Below are positions 55,770-64,000 of a stretch of 64,000 nt of DNA, one piece after another. The stretch spans positions 8,060,001 to 8,124,000 of the forward strand of contig OZ059897.1 of assembly GCA_964057225.1 (NCBI GenBank). Direction: 5' to 3'. The notes beneath the pieces were generated by a model that ran no database searches, had not been told where the DNA came from, and saw only the letters and a program-made list of their open reading frames with translations. The DNA comes from Auanema rhodensis. Lineage: Eukaryota > Animalia > Nematoda. The translations under genes were made by a program, and so were the position numbers. Position 1 is the first letter of the stretch; the number at the start of each line of letters is the position of its first letter.

Positions 55770-57437
55770 TCAGTTTCTTGATTTTCTTCCTTTAGTCAGC
55801 AATTTTTTATATGCCCACACTCGACGATTAAATTCGTTAAGATCCTTCGAACGAGGTACAACACAAGGTCCTCGTCGAGCATCAGCCTCTCCAACCATTC
55901 CTGGACAATACATGCTATTGAGCTTGATTACATCCCATCTGCAAATTAATGTTTAAGAACATTCTGATTTTGAAAAAGTTGTTGTGAATCAACTATTTTC
56001 TAGAATATCACAAGTGATAAATGAAAGAAGGACTAACCTTGTCAATAAGCCAACACGTTGACCGGCCCCGATATCGACATCATTTCGGCCAGGACAGTAT
56101 TGAGTCAAGCGATATCTGAAAGAAATACAATTGTCTGACAAATGACATAAACATCTATTTTATCTCTTCTCTCTTTATATTATATTCGTTCAAATTTCTT
56201 TTTTTTTGTTTAAAAAAACAGAAAATTTTGTATTTTCTGATATAGAATAACAGTAACGAATCCGTTATACGATGTCAAAATGTTGAGCATTATCATCTAT
56301 TGTTATAACCATCTATCAATATGTTTTTGTACTATATTCATTCTTTTTTCTTCCAGTTTTACTTCAGAAATGTTTTTTTTTGTGAAGAAAGAAGAAGAAG
56401 AAGAATACTTTTCGCGAGCCCATATAGGGATTGTTATACTTTCTGGATCAAAAGGCCATTGTAATTGCAGTGGATGGAATGATGCATCACGTGGAGATGT
56501 CGATGGACTGAATTCAAATGTTTAGTCAAAAATTCTTATAAGTTATAATAGAAAGATTCAAACGTACTATAGTGGACTAATGAAAGATTCAGCATCTGGA
56601 CGATAAATTTCTCGTTTAAGACCTGAAATACATTATGATGAGATTATTAGAAATTATTGAAAGTTAACCCATGAAACGGACAAGCTGATCCATTACAGCT
56701 CCTCGGGTGTTATTATGATTCTCTTGATTGAAAGCATTTGATGAGATATACAGTATAGTACGATCAACTATGCCTTCTAATGAATTATCAGAATAAGCTG
56801 AAAGTATGCTGTAAAGTATTATTTTGAAATTTAAAATATGCAACCGATCTTTCTTGGTTCACCATATACAAAAGTATTTTCACGGGAAAAAAGTCACGTG
56901 AAGCTTTTGCACGTGTAGCATCTCTACTAAGTACTTACCAGCATATCGACCACTTTTTCTGATTAAAACATAAGGATGTTTGGAATCCCATCTGTCAGCA
57001 TGATACCAAGGTTTGTAATCCTAATAGTTTTTTTGGTTAAAAGTTTTAAAACAAATAAAAAATTAACTTACTTCTTCCTGGAACTTAATACATGTTCTTC
57101 TTCCAATTTGATAAAATGCTTCTCTAAGTACTCCCTTCTCATAATCTGATAATGATGGCCAGAAATATACTTTCTGGACAGCTTTTCTTGAATAATAAAA
57201 CAAGTTAATTCAAGTTTTATAAGTTTAAAACCTCAATATCATACTATCGTTTTCTTCAAAATCATTAATATTATTGGAAATGACATTTTTAGCAGCAAAA
57301 ACCTAAATGAAAGTAGCAGATCAACATCAAAGTCGGAATATTCAACATACCTTTGCTTTACATTTCTTCTTCTTCTTAGCCTCAATATTTGAAATAAAAA
57401 TGACAAAAAATAGGAAAAGAATCAGATAACACTTCAT
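55770..57437 (-). CDS. Secreted astacin (M12A)-fold protein lacking all zinc-binding and catalytic residues (pseudo-protease)
   Basis: Signal MKCYLILFLFFVIFISNIEA. Astacin landmarks LREAFYQIGRRTCIKFQE, GAVMDQLVRFMGLKREIYRPDAESFI (the HExxHxxGxxHE.xRPD position), WPFDPESITIP (the YDYxSxMHY position) and GQRVGLLTRWDVIKLNSMYCP. ORF intact to TGA at 55770. Confidence 0.82.
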
Positions 57438-57917
57438 GAGCTGAATGATATTGTGAAGATTTTGTTAGAAAAATGCAAACGAATTGTAGAAATGGTTGAG
57501 AATGTTGTCGTTTTATTTAGGACAGTCAGCAGGGGATTTGCTTTCGAAAAAAGACTTTTCTTCAACATCATGTTCTATTTCAACATGTTTCTCGACATGG
57601 AAAAACCGATAAAAGTTATCCAATTAAGGAAAAAAGATTTCTATTTAGCTTTTTCATTTTCATTATCCGTTTTCGTTTTTTCTTTTCTAAAACAATATAT
57701 GTGAATGAAACTTGCTTGAATAAACAGGTGGTATATGAGTAGCAGAGCTGCTCCAAATCACAAGTTAGCGGACGTGGACAGTTTCAGATTCTCGGAAGCG
57801 AATAATTTAATGGAAATCACCAAAATTAGCAGATGTTTAGACTACGTATACTCAAAAAAGTGAAGAAAAAGAATTTTATTAAAAATAAAAATAAATCCAA
57901 CAATATTATTCATTTGA

Positions 57918-60065
57918 TCATTTTCGTCTTCTCGATGGAAATGTTCCTGTCTTTGATTGAGTTGATATTTTTTTCTTTGAATTATATGTTCCAGTTTTGC
58001 TTGTTGGTTTAGAGGACGATGCTTTTCTTGATGTTTTCGGAGTTGGCTCGATCTTGCCCGTGGCCATAGATCGGGATCGAATCCTTCCTGTGCTCATGCC
58101 CGTTGTCTTTGGTAACGTAGCTAGATAAGAATAAGACTGTTTGCCATTTGCATTTAGTGGAGCACCAGTTACAGGAGCCTAACACATTTCTTTTTTTTAT
58201 AAATTTGAAGTTCACACATCAGCATACCGTATTCAGAATAGTTTGTAGCATAGCAATAGTCTGATCTGTCTTGTTTAAGAAAAGTTTGATAAGTCCCATC
58301 TTAAGAATACACATTATGTGTACAACAACTAAATTAATTTATGTTAATCTATGCAAATCAACAAAAATATTTTACGTGATGCTCCAAGAAACATTGAAAC
58401 CATGAACATGTTGTTTCCCATCAGTGTAACAAGCTGATTAGCACAATCGACATTATGGATAGACGTCATGATATCATTCATCATTGGGACTACATTTTCA
58501 GTTTTCTGAATGAAAATTTGAATGAAAAACAAGAGAAAAACGATCAACTTGCCGCTATTCCTATACTAGATTGTGAATATGAATGAGCACAGTGTTCAAT
58601 ATCATAGTTGCAGCATGATGCTGGTACGCCATTTAAAGCGAACAGCTTGATAATGTTTGATCCTGGTATCTCATCTCCGCGATAAAAGTAATAATTACTA
58701 AAGTTGTGATTATAATACCAAGCATTAAGAGGATCTGCTAAATTACTCAGAATACCTAAAATAAAAGGTTTAAAGTTTCATAATCATGATGTTGTTCCTA
58801 ACGCTTTTCATCGGTAAGTACAATATGTCTAGCTTCAACTCCACAGCATTCGAATGTTGTTTGAACACGATTTATAATCTATATATTAATATAATTAATA
58901 TAGTTTAGAATGATAATGAAAGTTTACTCTTAGTGCCTCTTCAGAATAGCCTGCAGCATGAATATAATGAAGAAGAATAGGACGAAATGGTTCAGGTTTT
59001 AGATAGAACCGATTTAGAAGAAATGCAGATGCTTAAATATATTATTAATTTATTTTATAATTATAACAAATTAATAATAATATTTGAAATTAACAAAATA
59101 AATAATTCAAACCTAATATTCCAAGCATTACAACAACTATTATTTGTAATGTCATATTGAAAGAAACAACTCTTTTAGATTGTGCAGAATTTCTTGAACC
59201 TCTATAGTAAATTAATTATTTGAATAAAAAAATAAAAATAATATTACATCAGAGTTACAATGGAATATAATGAATGAAGTGTTATCATTATGGATATAAG
59301 AAATACCAATATCGGAGTTGATATGAGAAACAGATGACTTGTACCAATTATTATTCTAAATTCTATTAATTATATTGAATATACTATTAGAAAACTAACT
59401 CAAATTCAAAAAAACGTTCGTTTAAGAACAAAAAAAATGCAATTGCAGCCATTTCACCCATAATAGAAAGAACTAGAAAAATCTAAAAGCAGTATGGAAG
59501 CAGTTGATAGATGTTGTATGTATTACTTGAACACTATAATATAGTATAGATGGATTCTCTTTTGGAACTTTAACTCCCATCTTAAAGCATAATATTATAA
59601 ATAACAATTTTATAATAGTTATATAGCTTAGTTGTAACAACTTACACTTATCAATGTGGTTTTCTGTTCTTGTGATAGAGTTCTTGATCCAATAGTTGAT
59701 TTATCAGCATCATCTTTAATATTTTAAAAATTAATAAAATTACAAATAAATTTATGTTTTGAAAAATAAACAAAAAACCACAGAAACAAACATTTTGAAT
59801 CAACTGTATCATGTCGTGATCGCTTTGGAATAGGAGCAGCAACTGAACTCATACAACTTTCTGTAAAGTAAAGGACATGCTGTGAGAGAATTTTGTTTTT
59901 ATTTATGAATGTTATAACATTTAATTATAATAAACCTTACCATACCTGCATTTAAATCTAAAAAATAATAATTTTAGTTAATATATTATTTTAATTCTTA
60001 TTTTTACTTATTTTTCCTGTATGAACAGCTTTACTTGTAACCATAGATTTCGGTTTTCTCGCCAT
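57918..60065 (-). CDS. Divergent tetraspanin-like protein with long basic Ser/Thr-rich tails; start uncertain
   Basis: Three N-terminal hydrophobic segments, then a large loop with INRVQTTFECCG and GVPASCC, a late Cys (VDCANQL) and a fourth hydrophobic segment. Tail ends ...KTGTFPSRRRK*. Confidence 0.7.
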
Positions 60066-61010
60066 ACCACCCAACCATATAAACTTAAAATTAAAATAAT
60101 GTTGGTTAACGTGAAATCCACGTAAATACAAACTTTAGTTTTATGCTAATTTATGAATGATTTTTCGTGTATTTAGATTTTTATTATTATAATTTAAAAT
60201 GTTTGTAAACTAAACAAGTAAACAAGTAAACAAATAAACAATTTTGTTTATTTAAATCTTCTTTATGATTTTGATGTTTACATGTTTCCGAATGAAGTTT
60301 CATTCTAATTCTCTAGCAATAGTTGATTATAATATCAAATAGCTAACTAATGGTCCATCTTCTCTCCTTCTATGTTATTCCTTTGTTTTCATGCGGATTG
60401 ACCCAAAAAAAATGGCCGAAACACGACAAGGTTTATCAGAAAAATGGAAAGAAAAGGATGATTTTGATTAGATTGAAAACTTACTTCGTTTAGTCTGGTT
60501 GGCTTCATCATCATCATCATCATCATCATCGTCAACGCTATGATCTTTTTGATTTAATCAAAAGGCTGCTAAGTGATCAACAATTACAATTCCGGATAAA
60601 TGATTCTTCAAAGTTCAAGCTTTTCTTCTAATGTTAATATCTTAATGATATAATATTTTTATTTATATTATTTATATTTATAATATTAATTGATTTTATT
60701 CTAATTGTTATAATTAACTAGTTTCCATTTATTTTTCCTTGTTCTTTAATTATATGGGGGGTTTGTGACGATTTTGAGGAAATCCGACATCAACATTAGA
60801 TTTGACCTTGTTTCTTATCCAGAGCTAGTTACAAGCATTCGTTATCCATATAATTTACAACAAAACAACTATTTTATCTTAATTCCTCCTCACTTTTAAT
60901 TATTTTTCACATATTATCCGAGGATTTTTTTTAGAAGTGTTACCCTTCTCTCTTATCACCTAATTCAACCTTGACACTCTTCAGCGCGCATGTACTTGGA
61001 ATCAGGAGGA

Positions 61011-61012
<2 letters not shown>

Positions 61013-61048
<36 letters not shown>

Positions 61049-61063
61049 TCTCTCTCTCTCTCT
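61013..61063. repeat. (CT)n microsatellite
   Basis: Directly visible. Confidence 0.95.
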
Positions 61064-63044
61064 TTCTTTTTGTCAATTTCTCGTTCAAATCACACTATTC
61101 GGAAATCAAATCTTAAATCCCACATTATCAAAGAGATGGATTCTGATTAGGCTCTACATCTATCAAGTACGATAGAAACTTTTCATGAAATATCACAATC
61201 ACTTTTTCTCTTTATATCATCCTCTTTCGCATTTTCTTCCGAACTTCATGTTTCTATCTTTCGTTTTCCCGTTTTTTTCAGTTTATGATGAATTCTGACC
61301 TCACACTCACTCTCCATCTTCTTCTCCTTTTTCGAATCCTTGTATTCTAAGTATTATATCCTTCTTCTCTCCACAAAATGAGATGAAAAATGTCAAAAAG
61401 TTGAGTTGTTGGGTTGATTTTTCGTTCACAAAAACATAATTAATAGCCTATGGTCATCAAATATAATTTTTGTTCTTTGCGAACAATTATCATTTCACTG
61501 TCAACAATACTTTCACTTACGCAAATTATCCCATGAAGGCAATGACAACGATGAAATCGGCTACTACACACAAGATAATTTTCATTTCTTTCAATGTTTC
61601 TCTCTGTTTGTATGAGGAAGGGGGGGGGGTTAGGTTGAAAGTTAAGTTTCAAAAATTGATTTACAAAATCCATTTATTGTATATAACCTTTATTGAACAA
61701 TGTTCCGTAGACGATAATAGTCTTCAAAGTTGCAATTTGAGGGAAGATTTCCACATGAATTAGGACCATTTATGGCTACTTTCGTCGCTAATCTTATATA
61801 CCCTTGTAACAATTTCTTTATTGGTTCATGTAGTTACATGATCTCATCTCCGACTGTCCGTCTACTAGGAAACTGCAATTTGCCTCACGATAAGCTCTTT
61901 AATTCCTGTCTTCACCTTCATGCTTTCACTTTTTCCCTTGCTCCCCTTTCTCTTATGTCCTTTCCCTATCTGTATCTCATTCATAGATTTCTGTTCAAAA
62001 TTCTTGAAATCTCTATTATTCATATTTCTATATAGTTTATACAAACACTCTCTTTGATCTTACTCTCTTCTCACCTTCACGTCTACATTCATAACGTGCT
62101 GTTCGATCTAATGTCTTCCCGGTTGCCGTGTGTTCGTTGTCCGTCAATTCCAGATTCCTGGAATCTTTTCTAGTGCTGGATTTTCGATTTTTCCGAACAA
62201 AGATATGATTCATCAAATAGATGAACACAAGTCAGTTTTTGAAAATTTTTATTTTGAAACTCCTGTCCTGAAGGCAAGAATCGGAAACAAGAAAATGTTA
62301 AATGATTGGGATGAAGACAGATTAGCCATCAAAACGAGACGATGAACTGATGAAAAAAAACTTTTTTTTCCGAGAATTATTCACGACTCTACTCATCGTA
62401 TCTTGCTAAATTCACAAAGATAATTTTTAAAAAAAGGATTATTCTTGTGGGTGAGTTCAGAATATTTGGAGAAATCTCTATCTTTCATCAGATCATAATG
62501 ATGTTCACTTGTCTTCTCTCTGCTTTTTTCATCAAACTTATGAAATCCATTCCTATCGTCATGCTGAAGAAAGCGTAGAAAAGTGAAATATGCTGATTAT
62601 TATCTATAAATCTTCGAAAATCATTCAATTTTCTCATAAAAGCCATTATCAACAAGGATGATGTTGAATGAAGATGACATTGTTTATGGTTCGTGAAAGA
62701 AGAGAAAAATGCCGACTGTTTGATAGAATGCGTGAGGTTTGATGAAAGCATGAGTGATCAGCGAGTCAGAAGAGGAACGTCTAAACGCCAGCTGACAAGA
62801 GGTTTAAGGAAAAAATGCGAATTCCATGGTGGTATAGTCAAGAGAGAATCATATGTATGTAGGACGTCAAATGGTATTCCCGAAGAGAACGACCGTGAGG
62901 AATATGAAGAAACGTAGCTAAATAGCTAGCAAAATACAGAGAGAAGAAGAGAAATAAGAAGAGGCAGATAGCAAACGAGGTAAATGATGAAGTGAGAAAT
63001 AGAATGAGAAGAAATTGAAAAGAAAGATATGTATATGGAGACAA

Positions 63045-63045
63045 T

Positions 63046-63079
<34 letters not shown>
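63045..63079. repeat. (GA)n microsatellite
   Basis: Directly visible. Confidence 0.92.
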
Positions 63080-64000
63080 TCGGAAGAGGCCGAGATCAGC
63101 CGGGACCGAACCTTCTCTTTCCCCCCTGTCTTCATCTCAGCATTTAATAACCATTTCTCACCACCCATATTGACTATTAATTTATTTCATTCAAGAGATC
63201 TATACAGTTTTCTTATTTTAATTTTCCAGATTTTTTACCTGTTAATCGCTTATATACATCTAATCCATCTATTTCTCCATTTCAAACTGTAGTTACATGT
63301 ATACAGTTTACTAGAAATCATACATTCATAGATACATAATGTGTTTATAGATATACATGTATGCATGTATGTATGTATGTTCATTCTATTTTCAAACTTT
63401 CTCTTTCAATTTTAATAGAACAAATATTTATAAGCTTATGCTGTAACTATGCAGCTTCAGCATTTTCATTTTTAACTATTCATAATTCTATTTTACTGAA
63501 ATATTTCTTCTTTTTTTCGTAAAAAATAAAATAAAAATGAATATACATACATGGAATTCAAGTGGAAAATTGAAATGTTGTTGAGTTATTATGTTGTTAG
63601 ACGTTCATTCTTAACCATTTTACTCAATTGTGGTCAGTCTCGTATATCTACTTATTGACAATGACCAAACGATTTTCATTTTCCTCAGGTTGAATCCTCT
63701 TTCGGTACTTCCTGTAACCATCATCTCATTTCTATCGTCGTTTGACGGGACTAATCCAGTTTGGCATTAAGAAGACCAGAACTAACGTTCGCTTTTAACA
63801 ATGGCCAAATGAACACTGAATGAACGACGACTAATTTTCGAAATTCATAATCATATTTGAAAATGTATCTCTCATCTTCAAGTATAAACATGTTGTATAA
63901 CATGCCTGAAAATGAGATTATTACGATATCAAACATATATAATTATATCTTTTTTTATATAATTTCTTATATTTTATACAACCGCATTTCAATTATTTAA

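Overview
AT-rich, intron-rich eukaryotic DNA from a nematode, probably a rhabditid (clade V-like); the species cannot be fixed from the sequence. Most introns are about 40-55 nt. The first 30 kb is a compact block: unc-104/KIF1A (+), an F-box gene (-), a probable three-gene operon of farl-11/STRIP, mmaa-1 and DNA ligase III (+), an Sre-type chemoreceptor (-), a type-B carboxylesterase with a mucin stalk and hydrophobic tail (-), and mrps-24 (-). After a long (TA)n at about 30.2 kb the DNA is more repeat-rich. It holds a Cys-loop anion channel of the LGC-40/GGR group and a run of mostly uncharacterised secreted or membrane genes. These are an orphan single-pass protein, a mucin with two ShKT domains, a multi-pass orphan, a Thr/His-rich mucin, a Tyr/Gly-rich secreted protein hosting an intronic tRNA-Lys(TTT), a 55-aa two-exon microprotein, an M6/M11-like metzincin with microbial-type Cys repeats, a GPI-type Cys/Pro-rich protein, a catalytically dead astacin and a divergent tetraspanin. 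The most notable points are the pseudo-astacin, the microbial-type metzincin, the ligase III with a PBZ finger in place of BRCT, frequent AAG 3' splice sites and two GC-AG introns. All exon structures were assembled by hand and need RNA-seq confirmation; family calls are from motif recognition, not database searches.
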